Assembly: GCF_000025685.1 (NCBI RefSeq)
Contig: NC_013964.1
Coordinates: 390,001 to 422,000 of the forward strand
Origin: Haloferax volcanii DS2
GTDB lineage: Archaea; Halobacteriota; Halobacteria; Halobacteriales; Haloferacaceae
Direction: 5' to 3'
Length of the DNA: 32,000 nt
Shown here: piece after piece, positions 17,283-24,981 of the stretch
Position numbering within the stretch: position 1 is the first letter of the stretch
How the letters are laid out: every line of letters begins with the position of its first letter
The notes under the pieces: model-generated
The model's database searches: none
Told to the model about the DNA's origin: nothing
The model's input: only the letters and a program-made list of their open reading frames with translations
Made by a program: the position numbers and the translations under genes

Positions 17283-18113
17283 ATGTCCCGATTCGTGGCG
17301 GCCGCGTGCCAGCTAGACTCCCGAGACGACAAGGCGGCGAACGTGGAGCGGGCGCTCGGCCTCCTCGACGAGGCCGCGGCCGACGGCGCTGATTTCGTGG
17401 CGTTCCCGGAGATGACGACCTTCATCGGCCCGGAAGAGCGGTTCGCAGAGGTCGCGGAGGCGCTGGATGGCCCGACGATACAACGGTTCTCGGAGAAGGC
17501 CCGCGAGCACGGCGTCTTCGTCCACACGGGCAGTTTCTTCGAGCGGATTCCGGACAGCGACCGAGTCTACAACACGTCGGCGCTCATCGGCCCGAGCGGC
17601 GAGGTGCTCGACACCTACCGGAAGGTCCACCTGTTCGACATCGAACTCGACGGCAGCGTCGAACACCGCGAGTCCGACTACGTCGCCCCCGGCGATAGGC
17701 CGGTGACGGTCGATACCGACCTCGCGACGTTCGGCCTCTCTATCTGCTACGACCTTCGGTTTCCGGGGCTCTACCGGGCGATGGCGCAGTCCGGCGCGAA
17801 CGTCCTACTCGTCCCGTCGGCGTTCACGATGCACACCGGAAAAGACCACTGGGAGCCGCTCCTTCGCGCCCGCGCCATCGAGAATCAGGCGTACGTCATC
17901 GCGCCCGGCCAAATCGGGGACAAGCCGTCGTGGGTCGAGACCTACGGCCGCACGCTCGTCGTCGACCCGTGGGGGAACGTGATTTCGAAGGCGCGGGACC
18001 GCGAGGAAGTCGTCACGGCGACCATCGACCTGTCGCATCTGGACGAGATTCGCCGCGACATGCAGACGCTCCAGCACGCGCGACCGGACGTGTACGAGCG
18101 GTCGGAGAAGTGA
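17283..18113 (+). CDS. Carbon-nitrogen hydrolase (nitrilase superfamily amidohydrolase)
   Basis: 276 aa with the Glu-Lys-Cys triad contexts FVAFPEM, YRKVHLFD and LSICYDLRFP. It is probably co-transcribed with the cupin gene (42-nt gap, no TATA). Confidence 0.85.
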   Translation: MSRFVAAACQLDSRDDKAANVERALGLLDEAAADGADFVAFPEMTTFIGPEERFAEVAEALDGPTIQRFSEKAREHGVFVHTGSFFERIPDSDRVYNTSALIGPSGEVLDTYRKVHLFDIELDGSVEHRESDYVAPGDRPVTVDTDLATFGLSICYDLRFPGLYRAMAQSGANVLLVPSAFTMHTGKDHWEPLLRARAIENQAYVIAPGQIGDKPSWVETYGRTLVVDPWGNVISKARDREEVVTATIDLSHLDEIRRDMQTLQHARPDVYERSEK

Positions 18114-18140
18114 GGACAAGACGCGGGCGACTCGGCTCGA

Positions 18141-20474
18141 TTAGCTCCCGCCGAGGACGCGCTTGAACAGCGTGAACGTGAGCAGGGTGAAGAACAGTCC
18201 GTTCAACATCCCCTGACTCGCCGCGAGCACCCGCGCCGCCGGCCCGAGCGGATTGATATCGCCGTAGCCGACCGTACTGAAGCTGATATAGCTGTAATAG
18301 ACGTTGTCGAAAAGCACTTCCATCGTCGTTTTGTCGACGGCGGCGGGGTCGAAGACGCTCCCCGCCTGCGTCAGGAACGGCCCGCCGAGGGCGTAACACA
18401 GTCCGAACAGCGCCGGGAGGAGGAACGTGAACGCCGCGATTCGCGGGAGTCGGTTGCCGTAGCCACAGGTGACCTGCATGAGCGTGTTCAGCCCCACGCT
18501 GGCGACCTTCTTGCCGCGGGCCCACGTGTTCAGCGAGTACTCGTTGAGGATGATGTCGAAGTTCTTCTGGCGGTTGTAGTAGTAACGCTTGAACTCGAAC
18601 TCGCGGCTCGCGGGGGTGTCGCCGACCGCGTTGGCGCTGTCCTGCGCTTTGCGGTACGTTTCTTCGATGATATCGGGCGTTAGCTCGACGGCGAACTGGC
18701 CGGTCGCGCCGTTGCCGACGAAGTCGTGGATGGTCCAGTCGTTGCGTTCGAGATAGCCGTGGTGGTCGCTGAAGTCGAAGCGGTCGAACTCGGTGAGGCA
18801 AAAGCGGAAGTGGTCCAAAAGCTGGTGTTCGTTGCCGCCGCCCTCCAGCGTCAGGTCGCCGATGGTCGCGCGGGTGAGGTCGTACGGCGTCGGCTCGCCG
18901 GAGCCCTGCGAAATCGTGCCGCCGTCGAGCGTCGCGTCGGTGAAGTCGAGGTAGGTGTCGCGGTCGCCGACGAGCACGCGGAAGCGCGCCGTCTCGAAGT
19001 CCGACTGCCGGAAGTCCGCCCGGTCGTGGAACGTCGTCTCCCAGAACGACGCGCTCGTGAAGTTCGCGGCCTCGAACTCCGCGCCGGCCTCGAAGGTCGC
19101 CCCGTTGAACGAGGCGTTGGCTTCGAGATGTTGCAGTTCGCCCTGGAAGAACGCCCCGCGGAAGGACGCGAGGCCGCGGAACGTGGCGGCGTTGAATCTC
19201 ACGTCCTCTTCGAATCGGGCCTCACCGAACCGGGCGTTCGATTGGAACTCGACCGCCTCGAACGAGGCATCGGAGCCGAACGTCGCTTCCTCGGCGACGA
19301 CGGCGTCGTGGAACTCGCTGTCGTCGAAGTTCGCTTGCCCGCCGAACGACGCCAAAGAGAGGTCGAACGCGCCGTCGACGCGGAGGCGATAGCAGTCGGT
19401 GCGGGCGGTGAACGTCGCGCGGTCGAAGCTGACCGCGCCCTTGAACACGGCGTCTTTGAAGTCCGAATAGCGGAATCGCGCGAGTTTGTAGTCGGCTTCG
19501 CCCTCGAACGTCGCGCCCTCGAACGTCACGTCGTCGTGGGTCGTCCGGCTGCCGCCGTTGAACTCGACGCCGCGGAACTCGGCCAACTGCATGAATCGGG
19601 CGTTTGCGAAGCTCGCGTCGTCGTCGAACCGCGCCTCGTCGAAGTCGGCCATCTCGTTGAAGCGGACGCCGTCGAACCGCGCGTCGCCCTCGAACTCGAC
19701 GTGTTCGAAGTCCGAGCCGGCGGTGAACCGCGCGCCGTCGAACGTCACGTAGTCGAAGAGGGCCTGTCTGAAGCTCGCGTCGTCGCGGAACGTCGCGTCC
19801 GCGAAGGTGATGTGGTCCTCCAGAACGTGACTACTCCCGCTGGTCTCGACGTTGCGGAAACGCGCCGTGCCGTGGAACGTGGCGTCCGCGAAGCTCGTGT
19901 CGCCCTGAAACACCGTCTCGTCGCACCGGACCTCGCCGCGGAAGGTCGCCCCCGAGAAGCGAACGTCCTGTTCGAACGTCGCCTCGTCGGCCGTCACCGC
20001 GCCGGTCACGGTGACTTCCCGGGCGTCCACGTCGCCGGTGACGACCGCCTCATCGAGTTTGAGGCGGTCGACCGTCGCCTCGCGGAGAATCAACCCTTGG
20101 TCGAGGCGGCCGTGGGTGAGGTCCAAGCCCTCGATATCGGCGTGCTGGAAGTTGAGGACGTGGTTCGTCGCGCCGTTGATGTCCTGATAGGTGAGCGAGA
20201 GATGCGGGAGGTCCGCGCCGACGTACTCGTTGACGCGGGTGTCGGGCGACTGGAGGTTCGCCCGGAGCTCGTCGACGATGTCGTCGCCGGTCACGTCGAG
20301 CGATGCGCGCTCGTCGCGGCTCATGTGGAACACGCAGAACTCGCTTTCGGGGTGGGCTTCGTGCGGACACTCCCACGTCGTCTGGAGGTGGGCGTCGGTC
20401 TGGACCGACGGGTCGAACGTGTACCGGCACGACGAGGAGGACATCAACGCCGGCGTGGACTCATTTCTCGACAT
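18141..20474 (-). CDS. Pentapeptide-repeat (beta-helix) protein fused to a 2-TM potassium-channel pore domain
   Basis: 777 aa. About 420 residues of A/S-x-F-x-x type repeats span residues ~100-520, e.g. ADATFHGTARF, FDGARFTAGSDFEHVEFEGDARFDGVRFNEMADFDEARFDDDASFANARF. The C-terminus runs TM1 IAAFTFLLPALFGLCYALGG, then pore helix plus filter YYSYISFSTVGYGDINPLG (TVGYG encoded at 18261-18275), then TM2 VLAASQGMLNGLFFTLLTFTLF. The N-terminus has a Cys/His cluster: CRYT...WECPHEAHPESEFCVFH. Confidence 0.85.
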   Translation of the reverse strand: MSRNESTPALMSSSSCRYTFDPSVQTDAHLQTTWECPHEAHPESEFCVFHMSRDERASLDVTGDDIVDELRANLQSPDTRVNEYVGADLPHLSLTYQDINGATNHVLNFQHADIEGLDLTHGRLDQGLILREATVDRLKLDEAVVTGDVDAREVTVTGAVTADEATFEQDVRFSGATFRGEVRCDETVFQGDTSFADATFHGTARFRNVETSGSSHVLEDHITFADATFRDDASFRQALFDYVTFDGARFTAGSDFEHVEFEGDARFDGVRFNEMADFDEARFDDDASFANARFMQLAEFRGVEFNGGSRTTHDDVTFEGATFEGEADYKLARFRYSDFKDAVFKGAVSFDRATFTARTDCYRLRVDGAFDLSLASFGGQANFDDSEFHDAVVAEEATFGSDASFEAVEFQSNARFGEARFEEDVRFNAATFRGLASFRGAFFQGELQHLEANASFNGATFEAGAEFEAANFTSASFWETTFHDRADFRQSDFETARFRVLVGDRDTYLDFTDATLDGGTISQGSGEPTPYDLTRATIGDLTLEGGGNEHQLLDHFRFCLTEFDRFDFSDHHGYLERNDWTIHDFVGNGATGQFAVELTPDIIEETYRKAQDSANAVGDTPASREFEFKRYYYNRQKNFDIILNEYSLNTWARGKKVASVGLNTLMQVTCGYGNRLPRIAAFTFLLPALFGLCYALGGPFLTQAGSVFDPAAVDKTTMEVLFDNVYYSYISFSTVGYGDINPLGPAARVLAASQGMLNGLFFTLLTFTLFKRVLGGS

Positions 20475-20553
20475 GGCTGGGGAGGGGCGGACGGCTGCGG
20501 TGGGCGCGCTGAGGACGGCGGGCGTGACGGATGCCGCGAGTCCGGCGGCCGAA

Positions 20554-20576
20554 CCGAGTGCGGCGAGCGCACTCGG
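20554..20576 (-). other. 9-bp-stem hairpin in the spacer upstream of the channel gene
   Basis: CCGAGTGCG-GCGAG-CGCACTCGG is a perfect inverted repeat. It lies between an ATATATAT TATA-like element (20637-20644) and the ATG at 20474. Confidence 0.6.
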
Positions 20577-20663
20577 GCGTCGGGGCGACGGTCGAACGCG
20601 CGGACAGTCGTATGTGCAACATTGTCTGGTGTTTTGATATATATCTTCGGACCGCCGTCGGCG

Positions 20664-21635
20664 TCAGTCGAATATCTCGCGGCGCTCGGACGCCGAGAGT
20701 TCGGCGTGAATCGCGTTGGGCGAGCAGTGTTCGCACTCGCGGGCGGGATTAGTGCTCTGCTCGAAGGTCCAAAGCGGCCACCCGAAGAGGAAAAACGCCT
20801 CCATCTGGTGGCGTTCGATGATGGCCTCGGCGGGCTTGCCGCAGTTCGGACACCACTCGTCGCCGTCGGCCGGCTCTTGGAACGTCACCTTCCGGCGGCC
20901 GAATCCGGCGTTCGAGTACGCCTCGCTTCGGGACATCTCGACGAGGTCCTCGGCTGGATACGGGTCGGCGTCGACCGCGTTGTCGAAGCCGGTGTCGGTC
21001 TCGACGCTCGACGCGAGATACGGCCCGACGCTGACGGTGTTGTCGTAGCCGACGAAGTGAACCGAAACGGCCGCGCCCCGACCCTCGACGCGCACCTCGT
21101 GGCCGTGGCCGACGAGGTAGAACTCCACGTCGGCGGTGACTTTCGTGAGGTCGATGTCGTGGGCCATTCCGACCGCGTAGACGCCCGTGTCCGGGTCGGT
21201 CGCGCTCCCCGACTGCTTCCAGCCGAAGGTGGACACGTCGTAGTCGTCGGGGGCGGCCGCGGGCGTTGCCTCGCCAGCGTAGACGTTCTCCGCGCCGGGT
21301 GCCGAAACCGCGCCGTCGGCGGCGTCCGCGGCGATGAACACGTCTTCGGCGTCGCCGAGAAGCACGTCGCCGGCGACCGACTGGACGTAGCCGTCTTCGA
21401 GACTGCCGCGGATTTCGGTCTCGACGGCCGCGTCGCCGCCCGTCCCATCGCCGACGGCCGCGTCGTCGGTCACCGGCGCGTGGGTGAAGACGTACTCGGC
21501 GTTCTGCACCGCGAGGTCGCCGGCGACGCTCGCGCCGCCGACGAACACGTCCGCGGGGTCGCGGAGTTCGACCGGGGGTCGTTCGGAGCCGTTGAGCGTC
21601 ACGTCGCCGTCGTAGGTGGAAGCGTTTCGGGTCAT
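20664..21635 (-). CDS. Acidic hypothetical protein with C-terminal split zinc ribbon
   Basis: 323 aa. The N-terminal half is made of short beta-strand-like repeats (DVFVGGASVAGDLAVQNAEYVF, VQSVAGDVLLGDAEDVFI, VEFYLVGHGHEVRVEGRGAAVSVHFVGYDNTVSV). The C-terminus has CPNCG, then 34 residues including FFLFGWPLWTF, then CEHC. It starts 16 nt after the upstream stop. Confidence 0.6.
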   Translation of the reverse strand: MTRNASTYDGDVTLNGSERPPVELRDPADVFVGGASVAGDLAVQNAEYVFTHAPVTDDAAVGDGTGGDAAVETEIRGSLEDGYVQSVAGDVLLGDAEDVFIAADAADGAVSAPGAENVYAGEATPAAAPDDYDVSTFGWKQSGSATDPDTGVYAVGMAHDIDLTKVTADVEFYLVGHGHEVRVEGRGAAVSVHFVGYDNTVSVGPYLASSVETDTGFDNAVDADPYPAEDLVEMSRSEAYSNAGFGRRKVTFQEPADGDEWCPNCGKPAEAIIERHQMEAFFLFGWPLWTFEQSTNPARECEHCSPNAIHAELSASERREIFD

Positions 21636-21651
21636 CGGTGGGTGTTGGGCG

Positions 21652-22176
21652 TCATCGCTGAGTTTTGGGCGTCATCGTCGTCTCCGTGTGCAGCGCGAGG
21701 TCGTACTCCGGGTAGGTGTGGTACGTCTCGTAGCCGCCGTCTGCGATGCGGATGGTGGTCCACGCCTCCGGGTCGAACCGGTAGGCGACCGTCGCGTCGT
21801 CCGGACCGGGGAAGGCGTCAAGCGGCCGGCCTTCGACGACCGTTTGGGCGTCGAGTCGGTCGCTCTCGAAGCTGAACTCGCGTTCCGCGCCGACGGAAAG
21901 CGGCGTCTCGTGGGTTCGCTCGTACGGCAGCGGCTTGCACGAACACAGCTCGTGGAAGTCGAGCGCCGGCAGGCCGACGTAGTGGGACTCGCCGATGACG
22001 GTGAGGACCGCCGGTTCGCCCGCGAGCGTCGCCGGGGAGACTGTCTTCACGTCCACGGTCGTCAGGTCTGGTGCGTCGGCGCTGTAACCGAAGTACAGTT
22101 CCGTCGGTGTCTCGGCCGGCGGCGACGGGTCGGCGGGGGAAGGCGATTCGGTCGTGGAAGGTGGGTGGGAGGGCAT
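21652..22176 (-). CDS. Hypothetical protein (174 aa), Pro/Ser-rich N-terminus
   Basis: It has acidic composition and starts 6 nt after the stop of the upstream aminopropyltransferase-like gene. Its C-terminal YETYHTYPEYDLALHTETT and central LTVIGESHYVGLP blocks remind me of bacterial DUF2617 proteins. That is from memory only and is unverified. Confidence 0.5.
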   Translation of the reverse strand: MPSHPPSTTESPSPADPSPPAETPTELYFGYSADAPDLTTVDVKTVSPATLAGEPAVLTVIGESHYVGLPALDFHELCSCKPLPYERTHETPLSVGAEREFSFESDRLDAQTVVEGRPLDAFPGPDDATVAYRFDPEAWTTIRIADGGYETYHTYPEYDLALHTETTMTPKTQR

Positions 22177-22182
22177 GGGAAA

Positions 22183-24009
22183 TCAGGTGTCGACGAGGAT
22201 GTCGTAGTTCGGGTGGAAGATGGAGTTCTCGCGGACGCCGCGGTAGTGCGGGACCGCGTGCCACTCGACTGCGCCGTAGTGTTCCTCGCGGGCGCGGACG
22301 TACCGGGTCGCGCCGTCGCCGGTGAGTCGGGGGCGGTCGCCGGGGGCGAGCACGTAGAACTGCTCGACGCGCTCGGTCTCGCCGTCGTCGTCGAGGTCCT
22401 CGCGCACCCAGTAGGAAAGCTCTCGGGTGAAGCCCGCGGCCCCGACGGTGTTGACGAACGCCTTGTGGTGTTCGGGGTAGGCGTCGGGCGAGTAGCCCCA
22501 CGTCACCGCGACGCCGTCCTCGGAGAGGTGGGTTCGGACGGAGCGGTAGAACTCCGTGGAGTAGAGGGTGAGCAGGTCGTCGTCGGTCGCGCCGGGGATG
22601 TCGAGCAACACGAGGTCGTACGTCTCGTTCGTCTTTTGGAGATAGCGGTAGCCGTCCGCGACCGTCGTGTTCAGCCGGTCGTACTCGTAGGCGTCGTCGT
22701 GCCAGCGGGCGAAAAACGGGTCCGTCTTCGCGTCGCGCATGAACTCGCCGTCGAGGTCGACGTGGTCGACGGTGACGCCGTACTCCCGCAGGTGGTCGAC
22801 GGCAATCCAGTCGCCGCCGCCGACGACGAGCACCTTGGTGTCGGGGCCGGGGTCGACCAGCGACATCGGCACGTCGACCAGCCCCTCGTGGTAGCTGTCG
22901 GCCCAACTCTCGCAGAGTTGGACGGCCGCGCCGAGGCGGAGGCACCGTTCTGTCCGCCCGTCGAAGTGCGGGTTCGGGCCGGTGCCGGTCCAGGTTCGGT
23001 CGTACCGGATGACGTGCTGGTAGGCGGTCGTCTCCTGTGAGGTGACCGTCGCGCGTATCGCGCCCGGCGGGTACTCGTTTTCTATCTGCTGTTCGAGGTA
23101 GAGCTGCGACAGGCGCTCGTCGGCGGCGTCGTGCTTGGCGACGACGCCCGCGTAGGTCGCCGTCAAGAGGAGGCAGACGACGAGGAGCGTCTTCGAGACG
23201 CGGGCGGCCGAAAGCGAGCGGTCGGAGCCGTCCGTTCTGGCGCTGGCGGCCGCGTTCCCGCCGGTGCCGGCGCTTGCGGACGCCTCGTCGCCGCCGAGGG
23301 GCCACCACGACCACGCGCCGAAGTGGGCGACGAAGACGAGCGCGGCGACCCCGTTGAGGAGCGCCAGCACGAATATCGTCGGGATGAGGCCGATGCCCGG
23401 GTAGAGGACGCGGGCGTAGACGACGGCACCGGCGAGGCCGCCGACGTAGTCCATCGCGAGGACGACCGAAAGCCCGCTTCTGCGGCCCTCGGTCCGCTCG
23501 ACGGTCCAGAGGGTGCCGACGGCGGCCACGACGAAATCGTGGATTCGCGTGCCGGCGGTCCGGAGCCACGAGGGCGTCGCCGACCCGTCGCCGTCGAGGT
23601 CGTCGAACATGCGGGTCAAAAGCGGGAGTTCGAACCCGGAGAGGAACCCGACGACGACGACCGGCAGGCGGGCGACGGTCCAGACGAGTTCCGCGGGCAC
23701 CGCCTGCGGGATGCGGACGCTGTTGAGGCCGACGATGAGCAGGAAGCCCGCGGGTGCGGCCGCGGCCAAGAGCACCTCGGTGCGGAAGAAGTTCCCGCCG
23801 AGGGTCTCGCCGTCGAGGTCGTCCGAAAGCGCCGCGCCGATGCCGAGGCTGAAGAAGTACAGCCCGACCGTGATGACGTACTGGGTGACCGTTCCGCCGT
23901 ACATCACCGTCAGCAGCTCCGAGTAGACGAACTCGTAGGCGAAGCTACAAAAGGACACCACGAAGGTGAGCGTCAGGAGCGTCGCCGTGTCGGTTCGTGT
24001 GTTAGACAT
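22183..24009 (-). CDS. Membrane-anchored polyamine aminopropyltransferase (spermidine/spermine synthase)-like protein
   Basis: 608 aa. The N-terminal ~250 aa carry about 7 TM helices, followed by an Ala/Gly/Ser linker. The C-terminal Rossmann domain has VLVVGGGDWIAVDHL, VDHVDLDGEF, DLVLLDIPGATDDD and LYSTEFY, which are the SpeE-type blocks. There is no TATA upstream, so it is likely co-transcribed with the lipoprotein gene. Confidence 0.8.
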   Translation of the reverse strand: MSNTRTDTATLLTLTFVVSFCSFAYEFVYSELLTVMYGGTVTQYVITVGLYFFSLGIGAALSDDLDGETLGGNFFRTEVLLAAAAPAGFLLIVGLNSVRIPQAVPAELVWTVARLPVVVVGFLSGFELPLLTRMFDDLDGDGSATPSWLRTAGTRIHDFVVAAVGTLWTVERTEGRRSGLSVVLAMDYVGGLAGAVVYARVLYPGIGLIPTIFVLALLNGVAALVFVAHFGAWSWWPLGGDEASASAGTGGNAAASARTDGSDRSLSAARVSKTLLVVCLLLTATYAGVVAKHDAADERLSQLYLEQQIENEYPPGAIRATVTSQETTAYQHVIRYDRTWTGTGPNPHFDGRTERCLRLGAAVQLCESWADSYHEGLVDVPMSLVDPGPDTKVLVVGGGDWIAVDHLREYGVTVDHVDLDGEFMRDAKTDPFFARWHDDAYEYDRLNTTVADGYRYLQKTNETYDLVLLDIPGATDDDLLTLYSTEFYRSVRTHLSEDGVAVTWGYSPDAYPEHHKAFVNTVGAAGFTRELSYWVREDLDDDGETERVEQFYVLAPGDRPRLTGDGATRYVRAREEHYGAVEWHAVPHYRGVRENSIFHPNYDILVDT

Positions 24010-24078
24010 CGATGGAAGGCGAGTCGGTCGCGGCGGACGCGACGATGTCGCCGCGGCGGTCGTCGTGGTTCGTCCCGC

Positions 24079-24804
24079 TCAGATGCGCGGGGAGACTTTC
24101 CACTCTTCCTCGATGGAGTACCCCGCGTCACCGATGCCGTCGGTGACTTCGAGGTCGTAACACTCCCAGCGGAAGTCGTGGTTCACGTCGTCGCCGACGA
24201 TGTGCGCGCCGACGCGGTACCAGCCGTCGCGACCCAGTTGGCTCCCGTCGGACATGTCGTACTCGGCGGTGCCGCTCGGGTCCTGTATCTCGCGGTCCCA
24301 CGGCACCGGGCCGGCGTCGGGCGCGTCGTCGCGCATCGCCGCGGTCGACCCGAGGTAGGCGATGCCGAGCGCGGCGACGCCGACCGGGAACCGGCTCACT
24401 TTGCCGGCGTTGTTCTCGTACCAGTCGTCGGCGTAGTCGCCGCCGTGGTACCACGCGTGGCCGTGGACGGTCCGCGGAGCGGAGGCGTAGCCGCCTGTGC
24501 CGCGACCGGTCGCACCGCGGCCGCCACCGCCGCCGCCCTTTCCTTTCGCGCTCGCGACCCCGACGGGACTGAGCGCGGCCAGCGACTGCGGGTCGAACCC
24601 TGACAGCGACGACTGGTCGGCGGCTTCGTAGCGGGACATCACCCACGTCTGGTCGGCGAGGTCGACGACGAGCGAGCCGTCGGACACCTCGAAGTCGGAG
24701 ACGACGCTGGACTTTCGCGGGGGAGGGGAGTTCGAGCCGAGACAGCCGGCGAGCCCGCCGGCGGCCCCGAGACCGGTCAGTTGGAGGAACGTGCGGCGCT
24801 TCAT
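24079..24804 (-). CDS. Tat-secreted lipoprotein, unknown function
   Basis: From ATG 24804 the product begins MKRRTFLQLTGLGAAGGLAGCLG, a twin-arginine motif followed by the lipobox LAGC. It has the Gly run GKGGGGGGRGATGRGTGG and an aromatic/acidic mature domain. TTTTCT lies at -29. The track start at TTG 24825 is unlikely. Confidence 0.7.
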   Translation of the reverse strand: MKRRTFLQLTGLGAAGGLAGCLGSNSPPPRKSSVVSDFEVSDGSLVVDLADQTWVMSRYEAADQSSLSGFDPQSLAALSPVGVASAKGKGGGGGGRGATGRGTGGYASAPRTVHGHAWYHGGDYADDWYENNAGKVSRFPVGVAALGIAYLGSTAAMRDDAPDAGPVPWDREIQDPSGTAEYDMSDGSQLGRDGWYRVGAHIVGDDVNHDFRWECYDLEVTDGIGDAGYSIEEEWKVSPRI

Positions 24805-24981
24805 GAGGACTCTCGTCTCTGTCAATCAGAAAACTAGGATAACAGTCTTGTGGTTCGATACGTTCGGCGTGAGAGAAAACCGCGCCGGCCGGTGCGTATC
24901 TCGGAACGGGGCCGCGGTGGGCCCGCGGTGGGCCCGCGACCGCGCCGACCGCCTCGTGTCGCGGCGAACGCACACGAGCGG

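Noticed and set aside
18900-20200. Periodic DNA repetition (recurring gtcgaa/ctcgaa/gaacgt words) that could be mistaken for a repeat array or CRISPR.
   Set aside because: The periodicity is the coding imprint of the pentapeptide repeats on the minus strand. The units are imperfect, there is no repeat-spacer organisation, and no cas genes are present.
20461-20622. Possible 53-aa upstream ORF (MLHIRLSARSTVAPTPECARRTRFGRR...) in the leader of the channel gene.
   Set aside because: Its highly basic Arg/Pro-rich composition is atypical for haloarchaeal proteins. Its ATG lies only about 22 nt from the TATA-like element, so it is probably upstream of the TSS. It is most likely a chance frame.
20664-21635. 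Calling the 323-aa protein a bactofilin/halofilin-type cytoskeletal protein.
   Set aside because: The short V-x-G/D-V-F strand-like repeats are only suggestive. I cannot align a bactofilin core by eye, and the central part looks more like a DUF3060-type repeat. It is kept as hypothetical with a zinc ribbon.
24912-24938. Tandem 11-bp repeat CCGCGGTGGGC x2 plus a partial third copy, between the AAE transporter stop and the lipoprotein promoter.
   Set aside because: It is only about 2.5 copies in GC-rich intergenic DNA, so it is most likely a slippage duplication. It lies about 110 bp upstream of the lipoprotein ATG with no evident partner motif. It is recorded only as a possible strain-variable site.
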